From positions 60,341 through 124,340 of the forward strand of contig CBDCSI010000002.1 in the NCBI GenBank assembly GCA_965221505.1: DNA of 64,000 nt, read 5' to 3'. Shown piece after piece: positions 10,593-20,068 of the stretch; position 1 is the first letter of the stretch, and every line of letters starts with the position of its first letter. The notes beneath the pieces are model-generated. The model was given only the letters and a program-made list of their open reading frames with translations, searched no databases and was not told the origin of the DNA. The position numbers and the translations under genes are program-made. Source of the stretch: Rhodobacterales bacterium (GTDB taxonomy: Bacteria > Pseudomonadota > Alphaproteobacteria > Rhodobacterales > CAZPXZ01).

Positions 10593-10912
10593 TGTCCGCC
10601 GGCCTCCGGATTGCCGGTACCGCCGAAGTGGCCGGCAAGGACGTCGATCTCCTCGTCGGTCAGAGCCCGGGCGATGCGGCCCATCACCGTGGATTCGATC
10701 TCGCCGGCGCGAAAGCCCTGCAGGAACGCGCGCATGACCGCCGCATTGAGAGATGCGATGTCGGGAATCGACCCAGCGCTCGCGCCGTCCGGACCGTGGC
10801 AGGCGGCGCACTGGTCCGCGAGCAGCGGCGGCGCAGGCTCCGCCGCCGAATCGGCTCCGGCCGCAAGACTAGCCGCCAGAGCGAGGGTGAAAACGACCCC
10901 GCGGGATCTCAT
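10589..10912 (-). CDS. fccA: Monoheme cytochrome c subunit of flavocytochrome c (FccA-like)
   Basis: Signal peptide, CAACH, STVMGRIARA; stop overlaps the fccB start. Confidence 0.8.
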   Translation of the reverse strand: MRSRGVVFTLALAASLAAGADSAAEPAPPLLADQCAACHGPDGASAGSIPDIASLNAAVMRAFLQGFRAGEIESTVMGRIARALTDEEIDVLAGHFGGTGNPEAGGQ

Positions 10913-10928
10913 CTCGCCTGCCTCCGAA

Positions 10929-10956
10929 GCCGGCGGCCGACCCGTCGGCCGCCGGC
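10929..10956 (-). promoter_or_regulatory. Intercistronic 12-bp GC stem-loop after the molybdoenzyme large subunit
   Basis: GCCGGCGGCCGA-cccg-TCGGCCGCCGGC perfect inverted repeat, no U tract. Confidence 0.6.
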
Positions 10957-10973
10957 CGGGTTCCGACCGTGCC

Positions 10974-13271
10974 TCAGCCGGTCAGATCGTGATTGCGAAT
11001 CGGCAATCTGCGGATGCGCTTGCCCGTGGCCGCGAAGATGGCGTTGGCGACCGCCGGAGCGACCGGGGGCACGCCGGGCTCGCCGATCCCGCCCCACTTG
11101 TCTCCGCCGGAGAGCGCCAGATGCGTCCGGATCTCCGGCATCTCGTTCATGCGCAGCATCAGATACTGGTCGAAATTGTCCTCGACGACCGCACCGTTGC
11201 GGATGTGGTTTTCGCCGTAGAGAGCCGCCGTCAATCCGTAGACGATGGAGCTCTCCATCTGCATCTCGACCGTCTTCGGATGAACGACGTTCCCGCAGTC
11301 CACCGCGCAATCGATCGTCTCGACCCGCAACTGACCGCGGCGACTGACCGTCACATAGGCGCACTGCGCCGTGATGGTCCCGAACGCTTCGGCGATGCCG
11401 ACGCCCATTCCTTCGCCGCGGCGAAGGTCGGTCGTATAGCCCGCCTTGTCGGCCACCACCCGAAGCACATGCGCGAACTCCGAATCTTCCGGCAACAGGC
11501 TCAGCCGGAACTCGACCGGATCCGCGCCTGCGGCGTGCGCCAGTTCGTCGACGAAGGATTCGACCGCAAACGCGTTCTGCGACGCGCCGACCGCTCGCCA
11601 CCAGTGCACCGGCAGATGCGAGTCGCGAATGGCGTAATCCACCTGCTTGCTGGCGAAATTGTACGGAAGCCGTTCGTCCAGCCCTTCCACCGCCTGCCCG
11701 TCGATCCCGTCGCTCAGGAACTGCGGAATGAGATGGTTGAAGATGGAGTGCGACACGATCCGGTTCCAGTAGGCCGTCGGCCGGTTGTCGTCCCCGAGCG
11801 CGGCGGAAAAGTGATACACCGAGTACGGACGGAGCTTGGCCTGCCGGGCCGTCTCCTCCCGCGTCCAGATCACCTGGACCGGCCGCCCGAGCGCCGTCGC
11901 GATCGCGGTCGCCTGACGAGCGTCGTCCGGACGCGAGCGCCGCCCGAAGCCGGTGCCGAGGAAGGTCTGGTGGACGTACACCTTTTCCGGCGGCAAGCCG
12001 GATTCCTCCACTGCGACCTGGTGCACCCTCGGGGGATTCTGGGTGCTCGCCCAGACGTCCGCCCGGTCCGCCGTCACGTGGGCCGTGCAGTTCATCGGTT
12101 CGATGCAGGCATGATCCAGATACGGGGTGACGTAGGTCGCTTCCAGCACGTTCGACGACGCTCCGATCGCGCCCCTCGCGTCCCCGACGGACTCGGCCGG
12201 GTTGTAGGTCGGATCGTCGGGATTGGCGAGGACCTCCAACGCACCGTCGATGATGCTCTCGTCGCTGACGTCGCCGTATCCCCCGTCGTCCCACTCCTTC
12301 GGCATGAGCTGCAGCGCGGTCAGGGCGCGATAGTAGGTGTCCGCCACGACCGCCACGCCGCTCTGTATGCCGGTGGAGCGGCCGGTGACGTCCTCGAGGT
12401 CGTAATGGACCTTGCCGATTCCGCCCTCGCCCAGCCGATACGCGCCGATCACTCCGGGCCGGTCCTTGACCGCGTCGAAGTCGTAGCTGACGAGACGTCC
12501 GCCGGGAACCGGAGACGCTTCAACGGCCGCATACACCATGTCCGGCACGCGAACGTCGATGCCGTAGACGGCGCTTCCGTTTACCTTTAACGGCGTATCG
12601 AGCCGGGGTACCGACGTACCGATCAGCGTGTACTCTTCGACCGGCTTGAGCGCCGGCTCGGTCTCCAGATCGATACCCGCGGCCGCCGCCGCGAACTCTC
12701 CGAAGGACCCGGTGTTGTCGCCCGCGCTCAGCATGCCGTTTTCCGCCGAAACCGCGGAGCGGTCCACGCCCCAGGCGTTCGCGGCAGCCTGCTTCAGCCG
12801 CTCGCGCGCGCTGGCGCCGGCCTGCAGCAGGTAAAGCCGGGACCTGCGCACTGCCCCGGAGCCGCCCGTTCCCATGCGCTGGTAGAGATTGTCCGTCTCC
12901 TTGGCCGCGCCGGCCTTGACCATATACGGCTCGGCCGTGTTCTGGACATGCCGGTTCACGTCGGCGTAGACCGCCTTGACCGTCGACCAGTCGCATTGCA
13001 GCTCTTCCGCGACCAGCATGGGCATGGAGGTAAACACGCCCTCGCCCATTTCGGCCTGGCCGACGCGGATCGTCACCGAATTGTCGGGATCGATCGCGAG
13101 CCAGGCGTTGACTTCCGGAGCTCCCTCCATGGCCGTCCACGGCTCGCCCATGATCGAGGCCGCGTCCGCCCGTACCGGAATGTGGAAGCCGATCGCCAGG
13201 CCGCCAGCGGCGCTGACGCCGGTTACGATGAACTTCCGCCGGTCCATTTCCATTCTTGTCATTTCATTCAT
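10974..13271 (-). CDS. Xanthine oxidase-family molybdopterin large subunit (isoquinoline 1-oxidoreductase beta / aldehyde oxidoreductase-like), Tat-exported
   Basis: Tat [48 protein letters not shown]. Confidence 0.92.
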   Translation of the reverse strand: MNEMTRMEMDRRKFIVTGVSAAGGLAIGFHIPVRADAASIMGEPWTAMEGAPEVNAWLAIDPDNSVTIRVGQAEMGEGVFTSMPMLVAEELQCDWSTVKAVYADVNRHVQNTAEPYMVKAGAAKETDNLYQRMGTGGSGAVRRSRLYLLQAGASARERLKQAAANAWGVDRSAVSAENGMLSAGDNTGSFGEFAAAAAGIDLETEPALKPVEEYTLIGTSVPRLDTPLKVNGSAVYGIDVRVPDMVYAAVEASPVPGGRLVSYDFDAVKDRPGVIGAYRLGEGGIGKVHYDLEDVTGRSTGIQSGVAVVADTYYRALTALQLMPKEWDDGGYGDVSDESIIDGALEVLANPDDPTYNPAESVGDARGAIGASSNVLEATYVTPYLDHACIEPMNCTAHVTADRADVWASTQNPPRVHQVAVEESGLPPEKVYVHQTFLGTGFGRRSRPDDARQATAIATALGRPVQVIWTREETARQAKLRPYSVYHFSAALGDDNRPTAYWNRIVSHSIFNHLIPQFLSDGIDGQAVEGLDERLPYNFASKQVDYAIRDSHLPVHWWRAVGASQNAFAVESFVDELAHAAGADPVEFRLSLLPEDSEFAHVLRVVADKAGYTTDLRRGEGMGVGIAEAFGTITAQCAYVTVSRRGQLRVETIDCAVDCGNVVHPKTVEMQMESSIVYGLTAALYGENHIRNGAVVEDNFDQYLMLRMNEMPEIRTHLALSGGDKWGGIGEPGVPPVAPAVANAIFAATGKRIRRLPIRNHDLTG

Positions 13272-13729
13272 CCCTGCGCGATTTCGGCGGCCCGGTGAAT
13301 CGCCTTGCGGATCTGGGCATAGGTGCCGCACCGGCAAATGTTGTCCGACATGGCCGCGTCGATGTCGAGGTCGGACGGACTCGGCCGCTCCTGCAGGAGC
13401 GCAGCCGCCGCCATGATCTGTCCCGACTGGCAATAGCCGCATTGCGGGACGTCCCCTTCGGTCCAGGCGATCTGGACCGGATGGGAACTGTCCTCGGACA
13501 GGCCTTCGATGGTGGTGATTTCCTTGCCGACGGCGGCGGAAACCTTGGTCTGGCAGGAAAACGCCTTGCGGCCGTCAATATGGACGGTGCAGACGCCGCA
13601 TTTGGCGATCCCGCATCCGTATTTCGTTCCCGTCAGTCCGATGTTGTCCCGGAGCACCCACAGGAGCGGGGTTTCCGGTTCGGCGTCGACCGTATAGGCC
13701 GTGCCGTTCACAGAGAGCGTCAAAGCCAT
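13268..13729 (-). CDS. 2x[2Fe-2S] small subunit of the molybdoenzyme (IorA/CoxS-like)
   Basis: [31 protein letters not shown]. Confidence 0.95.
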   Translation of the reverse strand: MALTLSVNGTAYTVDAEPETPLLWVLRDNIGLTGTKYGCGIAKCGVCTVHIDGRKAFSCQTKVSAAVGKEITTIEGLSEDSSHPVQIAWTEGDVPQCGYCQSGQIMAAAALLQERPSPSDLDIDAAMSDNICRCGTYAQIRKAIHRAAEIAQG

Positions 13730-13934
13730 GCGCACTTCCTCCCTTGCTGGACCCGTCGTCCCGGCAAGCGGAGGCAAGAAGTCTGGCTTGTCGATTCAGG
13801 CTGGTTGCGCGCGCTCGCGGAACGCCGTCCACAGTCTACAGTAGGCAGACCGGGCGCTCAAGCGCCGATTCCCTCGCGTCCCGACGCGATCCGGACGATT
13901 CCCGCACTGTGCGACCGGCCGGCAAGAACGGTCG

Positions 13935-15245
13935 CTACCAGTGGGCCCGCTTCGCCGCGACGTGACCGGCCAGATCTTCCCAGGCCGGGAGGTCGGTGAA
14001 GTGCCAGCGGACGAATCCGAGCAGGTCCACGATGTCCGAATCCGAAATCGACGCGCCGAAGGAAGGCATCGATCGCTGAAGCGCGCCGCGCGGCGGGCGA
14101 ATTCCGTCGAATACGATGTGGACGACGTTGCGCGGGTCAGGAGCGTTCACCGTACCGGTCAGGGCGAGCGACACCGGAAACTGTCCGCCGCCGCGCTTGT
14201 GACAGGTGGCGCACTGGTCCCGGAACACCTCCATCCCGCGCACCAGCGACGGATCTTCCGGAACCCGCTCGGGCCATGCTCCGTCCGACGCGTCCCAGTC
14301 CAAGGTTCGCGCTCTTGCGAGAACCTCTTCGCGCGCCTCCGGGGACAGCGGGGGACGCTGCAGCGATTCGAAATACGCCGCGATCGCGAACACGTCGTCC
14401 TCCGACTGGTCGTAGAGGTGGTTGACCACGGGCGCCATCGGCCCCGCCGCGATCCCGTGTTCCTCGTCCCAACCGTCGAACAGGTAATTGACCAGTTGCA
14501 GCTGGCTCCAGGGAATGGGAGTCGGAGAGCTGGCGTCGAGCGCGGGCGCATGCCAATGTTCCGCCTCGCCGCCGGAATAGGCCGCGCTCCGAATCACCGC
14601 CCCGAAGACGTTGCGCGGCGAATGGCACGCGCCGCAATGCGCGACGCCTTCCGCAAGATACGCGCCCCGATTCCATTCTTCGCTGCGGTCCGGATCCGGT
14701 TCGAGTTCGCCGGATTCCAGGAACAGGAGCTTCCACCCGGCCAGGAGCGTGCGGACGTTGAACGGAAACCCCAGTTCGTTCGGCGAGGCTTCCCGGTTCA
14801 CCGGATCGATCGTCATGAGATAGGCGTAGGCCGCCCGGATGTCCCCGTCCGTCATGAGGCGGAAGTGGTCGTAGGGAAACGCCGGATAGAGATGGCGCCC
14901 GCGCCGGTCGACGCCCTCCCGCATGGCGCGCAGGAAGGCTTCCTCCGACCAGCTTCCGATCCCGGTCTCCGGGTCCGGCGTTATGTTGGTCGAATAGATC
15001 GTTCCGAACGGCGTCGGCAGCGGCAGTCCGCCCGCGAAGGGCTCCCCGCCATGGGCCGTATGGCAGACGGCGCATGCGCCCATGCCGACCATGGCCTTTC
15101 CGCTGCGCACCAGGGCGGTATCGAACGAGGCGCCGTCCAGCGGCGAAATCGGCGGAATCTCCGCATGCCGGTTGGCCCAGGCCAACGCCGCCGCGAATGC
15201 GACCAGTACGACCGCGACCGAAATCCAGACCCGTCGTCTACGCAT
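13935..15245 (-). CDS. Triheme cytochrome c subunit (aldehyde/gluconate dehydrogenase cytochrome type)
   Basis: CAVCH, CGACH and CATCH; TPFGTIYSTNITPD, LYPAFPY; N-terminal anchor. Confidence 0.9.
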   Translation of the reverse strand: MRRRRVWISVAVVLVAFAAALAWANRHAEIPPISPLDGASFDTALVRSGKAMVGMGACAVCHTAHGGEPFAGGLPLPTPFGTIYSTNITPDPETGIGSWSEEAFLRAMREGVDRRGRHLYPAFPYDHFRLMTDGDIRAAYAYLMTIDPVNREASPNELGFPFNVRTLLAGWKLLFLESGELEPDPDRSEEWNRGAYLAEGVAHCGACHSPRNVFGAVIRSAAYSGGEAEHWHAPALDASSPTPIPWSQLQLVNYLFDGWDEEHGIAAGPMAPVVNHLYDQSEDDVFAIAAYFESLQRPPLSPEAREEVLARARTLDWDASDGAWPERVPEDPSLVRGMEVFRDQCATCHKRGGGQFPVSLALTGTVNAPDPRNVVHIVFDGIRPPRGALQRSMPSFGASISDSDIVDLLGFVRWHFTDLPAWEDLAGHVAAKRAHW

Positions 15246-15257
15246 CGCCGAAACGCC

Positions 15258-16160
15258 CTATCGGCATGCGGGCGTAAACTCGCTTTCGGCATGGCGGTCG
15301 AAGGCCGTATCGGAATCCGGTCCTTCGAGTTCGCGCACGAGCCGGAATCCCAGATCGTTGCGGCCCTCTCCGGCCGGGCGCGGCACCCGGTAGCGCGCGA
15401 TTCCGGCCCAGTCGGAATGGAACGCTCCGCCCCGCGTGATGCGCTCCGCGCAATCGCCGCTCTCGCCGACGCTGCCGTCGCGCGGCGCGTCGGAGAGGGG
15501 ACCGTTGCAGTCCGCCGTCCACTCCGCAACGTTTCCGAGCATGTCGGCGAGACCGAAGGCGTTCCGGAATCCCCCGCCGATATTGGCCGTCGCGAGCTCG
15601 TCCTCGAGACCCATCACGTCGGACCCGAAGCAGGTGGCGCACTTGGCCTGGCCGGCCTTGAGGTTGCCGGTCACGAACCAGGTCGATTCGTGACCCGCTC
15701 CGGCGCGGGCGGCATATTCCCACTCGGCCTCGCTCGGGAGACGGTAGGCGCTTCCGGTCCGTTCAGAGAGCCAGGCGGCGTAGGCGGCGGCGTCCTCCCA
15801 GGTCACGCAGACGACCGGACGACTGTCGCGCTGGCGAAAGCCCGGATCGTCCCAGCCGCCTTCGGGGTAGTCCTTGTCGCCGGTGGTGCTGTATCGCGTG
15901 CATCCCCGAAGCGGGATCCCCGCAGCCTCGGCGTACGGGCGAAATTCGCCGACCGAGACCTCGCACACGCCGAGCGCAAAGGCGTCGCCGACGGTCACCG
16001 TCACCGGTTCGGCGTCGAAATTCTCCGCCCGGGGAAAGGTCCCCGCCTCCACCTTGACCATGAGCGGACAGGTTTCGCACTCCTGAAGCAATTCCGCGGC
16101 GCCCGCCAGGCGGGAACTCGCCAGCCATGCGGCAACGAGAACGAGGACGGCTCTGTTCAT
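15258..16160 (-). CDS. Exported formylglycine-generating-enzyme (SUMF1/FGE-sulfatase) fold protein
   Basis: Signal peptide, ECETCPLMV, YRLPSEAEWEYAARAG, NAFGLADMLGNVAEW, RGGAF, GFRLVRE; GGAGGAG RBS. Confidence 0.85.
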   Translation of the reverse strand: MNRAVLVLVAAWLASSRLAGAAELLQECETCPLMVKVEAGTFPRAENFDAEPVTVTVGDAFALGVCEVSVGEFRPYAEAAGIPLRGCTRYSTTGDKDYPEGGWDDPGFRQRDSRPVVCVTWEDAAAYAAWLSERTGSAYRLPSEAEWEYAARAGAGHESTWFVTGNLKAGQAKCATCFGSDVMGLEDELATANIGGGFRNAFGLADMLGNVAEWTADCNGPLSDAPRDGSVGESGDCAERITRGGAFHSDWAGIARYRVPRPAGEGRNDLGFRLVRELEGPDSDTAFDRHAESEFTPACR

Positions 16161-16224
16161 GGTCTCTCCTCCCATGCCGCAAGGATACCGGCGTCTGACG
16201 AACGCGTGCGGACTCGACGCTCGC

Positions 16225-17043
16225 TCACGGGCGAACGGCAGGGGCCTCGATCGGCAACCCCCGGCCGCGCCAGGCCAGATACAACTCCAGCCCCAGATAC
16301 TCCCGCGAACCGAGTTCGAACGTCTCGGCGCGAACCGCCCAGTTGCACCAGCGAAACATGCGGTGACGTGACCCCATCGAGCCCCACATCAGACGATAGA
16401 ACGGGAATCCGTTCACGTGGCCCTGGCTGATTCGGTCCCCCCGCAAATATGACCCGGTCAAGTCCTCATGGCACTGACGGCAGGCCAGGTCCAGCTGCCC
16501 CCTGCGCCGCATGTAGAATTCTCGCCCCTCTTCCCAATACTGCCGCGCACCCCCGGACACGTCGACGTTCATCGGCATCCCCCGCGACTGGAACGCGACG
16601 AACGCCGAGAGCGCGAGCATCTCCTCGGACTCGAGCTCCCAGGACGGCGCCCCCATATAGTCGGTCCGCATCCGGTTGATGCGCGCCTCGAGATTCATCA
16701 GGCGTCCGAGATCCGGGTCGTATTCGGGATACCGCGCTGCCACGCCCCGCATCGATTCGCCGCCGTCGCCATGGCAGGAAGAACAAGCGTGTCCGTCGGT
16801 GCCGGCCGGCTCGTTCCACAGTTCGGCGCCTCGCTCCACGGCAAACATCCCGGGGTTCAGGAAATCGTCGTCCTGCAGCGCCCGGATTTGCGCGCCCATG
16901 TATTCGTATCCGGAAATCGGACCGTCGCTGCCCGTCGGGTCCGGCTCGCCGGCATGCGCCGCGAATCCGGAGAGACCCAGCGCCAGCGCGACGAGCGCCC
17001 GCCGCGCCCTGCCGGCGGCATCCCGTTCGGGGGGTGCGCTCAG
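16225..17043 (-). CDS. soxA: Diheme SoxA (L-cysteine S-thiosulfotransferase subunit); start uncertain
   Basis: CSSCH and CRQCH, GQLDLAC, GFPFYRL, active-site-type RMFRWC, LELYLAWRG, PAVRP end. Confidence 0.9.
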   Translation of the reverse strand: MSAPPERDAAGRARRALVALALGLSGFAAHAGEPDPTGSDGPISGYEYMGAQIRALQDDDFLNPGMFAVERGAELWNEPAGTDGHACSSCHGDGGESMRGVAARYPEYDPDLGRLMNLEARINRMRTDYMGAPSWELESEEMLALSAFVAFQSRGMPMNVDVSGGARQYWEEGREFYMRRRGQLDLACRQCHEDLTGSYLRGDRISQGHVNGFPFYRLMWGSMGSRHRMFRWCNWAVRAETFELGSREYLGLELYLAWRGRGLPIEAPAVRP

Positions 17044-17366
17044 ACTATTTCGATGTCGGCCCAATCGGCGTATTCGCTTCCGTCGTCGTCGTACCACCGG
17101 AACTCCATCCGACCCGATTCCCGGATCGCGGCAAAGAAGGTCAGGAAGGGATTCTCCGACACCGCTTCGTGCCAGTCCGCCTGAAACACCGTCTCGCCGT
17201 TGAAGGTCGCCTCGAAGCGGTGAATCAGGCGCCGGGGAATGCGCTCGCCGTCCCGGTTGAACATGAAGCCGTTGTCCATCGGATGGGAGACCAGCGTCTT
17301 GACCTGGAAGGGTTCCCCCGCGATCGCCCGTTCGGGCACCGATTTGCGAATTCGAACCGCTGTCAT
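17040..17366 (-). CDS. soxZ: Sulfur carrier subunit SoxZ
   Basis: VKTLVSHPMDNG, AVSENPFLTF, WYDDDG. Confidence 0.92.
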   Translation of the reverse strand: MTAVRIRKSVPERAIAGEPFQVKTLVSHPMDNGFMFNRDGERIPRRLIHRFEATFNGETVFQADWHEAVSENPFLTFFAAIRESGRMEFRWYDDDGSEYADWADIEIV

Positions 17367-17400
17367 TGCCGAGCGCTCCCTTGCGTTCCGGAATTTCGGG

Positions 17401-17973
17401 CTACTGCCGCTCCCGCTGCCGCCTGCGTCGCGCCGCTTCCCTGTCCGGCAGGAAGATCTCCACCGCGCAGGCGCCGAGCGTGACCGATACGTATCGGGCC
17501 GACATCCACGCGGTATCGTCGCTCATCAGCGCGAACCCGTAGACGTACTGGGTCTGGGCCAAGCGAATGCGCTGGGCGACGCGGGCGATTCCGGACGCGG
17601 GCGTGAAGCGATAGTCGGCGACCAGAGGCTGCGGATTCCGCGTCGCGATCACGTGCAGGCTGCGGACGTGGTCCGTCCGGGTCATCGGAGAATCCGGGAC
17701 CGACACGTCCATCGGGACGGACAAGCCCGAATCCGCCCGATCCGGCAGGTCGAGCACGACCCGGCCCTCCCGGAAGTCCCGCCGGCCGAGCCGCTCCTCG
17801 ACCAGCGCGAGCATCCATTCGGGCATTTGCGGAATTGCCTGTGCGGCCGACAGGGGCGTCGAGGTTACCGTCGCGACGGAGCCCGCAACGGCGCACAACG
17901 CTCCCCTGCGGCTGATCCGTTCCGCCCCCAGCCGGTCTCCGGCGGGCCGGTCAACGTCGATCGCCCGTCCCAT
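17401..17973 (-). CDS. SoxY-related carrier protein with a non-canonical Cys arm
   Basis: Tat SRRGAL, ADSGLSVP, RNPQP, RIRLAQTQ; ends VSVTLGACAVEIF... instead of GGCGG. Confidence 0.85.
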   Translation of the reverse strand: MGRAIDVDRPAGDRLGAERISRRGALCAVAGSVATVTSTPLSAAQAIPQMPEWMLALVEERLGRRDFREGRVVLDLPDRADSGLSVPMDVSVPDSPMTRTDHVRSLHVIATRNPQPLVADYRFTPASGIARVAQRIRLAQTQYVYGFALMSDDTAWMSARYVSVTLGACAVEIFLPDREAARRRRQRERQ

Positions 17974-18153
17974 CGCGGCGTTCCTGTCCCCTCTTCCGGG
18001 CACGCCGAATGCGGGACGCTCGCCCGACCGGGCCCGTATCGCCCCGCTCGGGAACCGGGCGCGTCCGCAAACGCGCGGCTCGGGTTCAGCTAATCCGGCT
18101 TCGCGCCGGATGTCAACCGGCGAACTGTCGTCTCAGGACGCCGCGACGCGCAC

Positions 18154-19431
18154 TCAGCGGTAGAACGCCGACGGCAACCAGAGCGCGATCTCGGGCACGA
18201 AGGTGATCAACAGGAGCACCAGGATCAGCGGCACGAGGAACGGCATGGTGGCCCGGAAGCACTGTTCGAATTTCACTCCGGAGACCTCGGCCAGCACGAA
18301 CAGCACCATCCCGACCGGCGGCGTCAGCAGCCCGAGCATCAGGTTCAGGATCAGGAGAATGCCGAGATGCACCGGATCGATGCCCGCGGTGGCTGCGATC
18401 GGCAGGAGTACCGGAACCAGAATGGTGATCGCGGCGATGGTCTCCATGAACAGCCCGATGAGCAGCACGATGACCATCATGATCAGAAGCAGGACGTGCT
18501 TGTTGTCGGTGATCCCGAGCAGGGTGTTGCCGAGCAGCGTCGCCACCTGTTCCGCCGTCAGGATCCAGGCGAAGACCGCAGCGGCCGAGACGATCATCAG
18601 AATGGCGGCCGACGTTTCGATGGTGTCGATCGAGACGCGCACCAGATGGCGCCATGTGAGGGAGCGATAGACCACCAGACCGAGAAACAGCGCGTAGCAA
18701 ACCGCGGCCACCGCCGCTTCCGTCGGCGTGAAGATGCCGGTCGCGATTCCCCCGACGATGATGATCGGCGTCATGAGCGGCAGAACCGCGTCCTTGAGGC
18801 AGGCCCAGATGCGGCAGAAGTCGATCCGGCTGTCGCGCGGATAGTTCCGGCGCTTCGCGTACCAGGCCACCATGACGATCAGGGACGCGGCCATGAGGAG
18901 GCCGGGCACCAGGCCGGCGGCGAACAATTCGCCGATGGAGGCCGACGCCATCACGCCGTAGATCACGAGCGGAAGCGAGGGCGGAATGATCGGACCGATG
19001 GTCGAGGAGGCGGCGGTCACCCCGACCGAGAAATCCGTGTCGTAGCCGGCCTCGCGCATCGCCTTGATCTCGACGTTGCCGAGCCCGCCGGCGTCGGCGA
19101 CGGCCGCGCCGGACATCCCGGCGAAGATCACGCTGGCCCCCACGTTCACGTGCCCGAGCCCGCCGGGCAGCCAGCCGACGAGGGAACGCGCGAACGCGAA
19201 GATCTTGGTGGTGATTCCGCCGGTGTTCATCAAGTGCCCGGCCAGGATGAAGAACGGAATCGCGAGGAGCGGAAAGCTGTCGATCCCGCCGATCATCCGG
19301 TGAATCAACACGACGTCCGGCAAGCCCTTGATCAGGACGTAGGCGAGGGACGCCAGACCCAGCGACACCGCGACGGGCACGCCGAGAAACAGGAATACGG
19401 CAAGCAGGATCAGCAGGATTGCGAGCGCCAT
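18154..19431 (-). CDS. dctM: TRAP transporter large permease
   Basis: SFPLLAIPFFILAG, GPIIPPS, FTPTEAA, LLTPPVG. Confidence 0.95.
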   Translation of the reverse strand: MALAILLILLAVFLFLGVPVAVSLGLASLAYVLIKGLPDVVLIHRMIGGIDSFPLLAIPFFILAGHLMNTGGITTKIFAFARSLVGWLPGGLGHVNVGASVIFAGMSGAAVADAGGLGNVEIKAMREAGYDTDFSVGVTAASSTIGPIIPPSLPLVIYGVMASASIGELFAAGLVPGLLMAASLIVMVAWYAKRRNYPRDSRIDFCRIWACLKDAVLPLMTPIIIVGGIATGIFTPTEAAVAAVCYALFLGLVVYRSLTWRHLVRVSIDTIETSAAILMIVSAAAVFAWILTAEQVATLLGNTLLGITDNKHVLLLIMMVIVLLIGLFMETIAAITILVPVLLPIAATAGIDPVHLGILLILNLMLGLLTPPVGMVLFVLAEVSGVKFEQCFRATMPFLVPLILVLLLITFVPEIALWLPSAFYR

Positions 19432-19447
19432 GACGGTGTCCCTCCCT

Positions 19448-19999
19448 TCAGGTTTGCGGACTCTCCGGAATGATCTCCTCGACCGGCTGACCGGCCTTCT
19501 TGACGAGATTTGCGAGCGCGAAAACGGCCATCAGGAAGCAGGCGGCCGAGACCACGTAGTAGAGATACGCCTTCGGCAGCGCGATCGAGACCATGTTCGA
19601 TGCGGTGCGCTGCGAGAGTTCGATGGCGAGCCAGCCCGCGTATCCCCAGAATCCGCAGACCGCCGCCTCCACCGCCAGGACGATCGGCTTCAGCGTCCCG
19701 ACCGGCAGCATGTGATAGGCAAATTCCAGGAATATGTGCTTGCCCTTGCGAACGCAGGTAATTCCCCCGACAAATCCGAGCAGTATCAGGAAGTAGCGGG
19801 CGATCTCCTCGGTCCAGCCGAGGCTGTCGTTCAGGACGTAGCGGGTAAAGAACTGAAGCGCGACGATGACGAACAGGACGAAGAAGATCAGCAATACCGG
19901 AACGTCGAAGGCCCGGACGTCCGAAATGTCGTCCGAGACCTCTTCCAGCTGGCCGACCAGCTCGTCGATCGCGTCGTGGGCCTTCGGGTCAGACATCAT
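19448..19999 (-). CDS. dctQ: TRAP transporter small permease
   Basis: QFFTRYVLNDSLGWTEEIARY; four TM segments. Confidence 0.92.
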   Translation of the reverse strand: MMSDPKAHDAIDELVGQLEEVSDDISDVRAFDVPVLLIFFVLFVIVALQFFTRYVLNDSLGWTEEIARYFLILLGFVGGITCVRKGKHIFLEFAYHMLPVGTLKPIVLAVEAAVCGFWGYAGWLAIELSQRTASNMVSIALPKAYLYYVVSAACFLMAVFALANLVKKAGQPVEEIIPESPQT

Positions 20000-20019
20000 C
20001 CTCGCTCCTGTCTTGCGGG

Positions 20020-20050
20020 CGCCCGGCCGCCGCTCTCGGGCGGCCGGGCG
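20020..20050 (-). promoter_or_regulatory. Stem-loop after the TRAP binding-protein gene
   Basis: CGCCCGGCCGCC-N7-GGCGGCCGGGCG perfect 12-bp inverted repeat. Confidence 0.6.
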
Positions 20051-20068
20051 AACGGGTCGGGTTCGGAA

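Noticed and set aside
9087-12590. 1167-aa + strand ORF and similar long ORFs (690-3548, 13941-16430, 35881-38031, 55692-57965)
   Set aside because: Shadow frames of real genes in high-GC DNA: Arg/Pro/Gly-rich with no motifs. Only the 3' end of 690-3548 (ccmH) is real.
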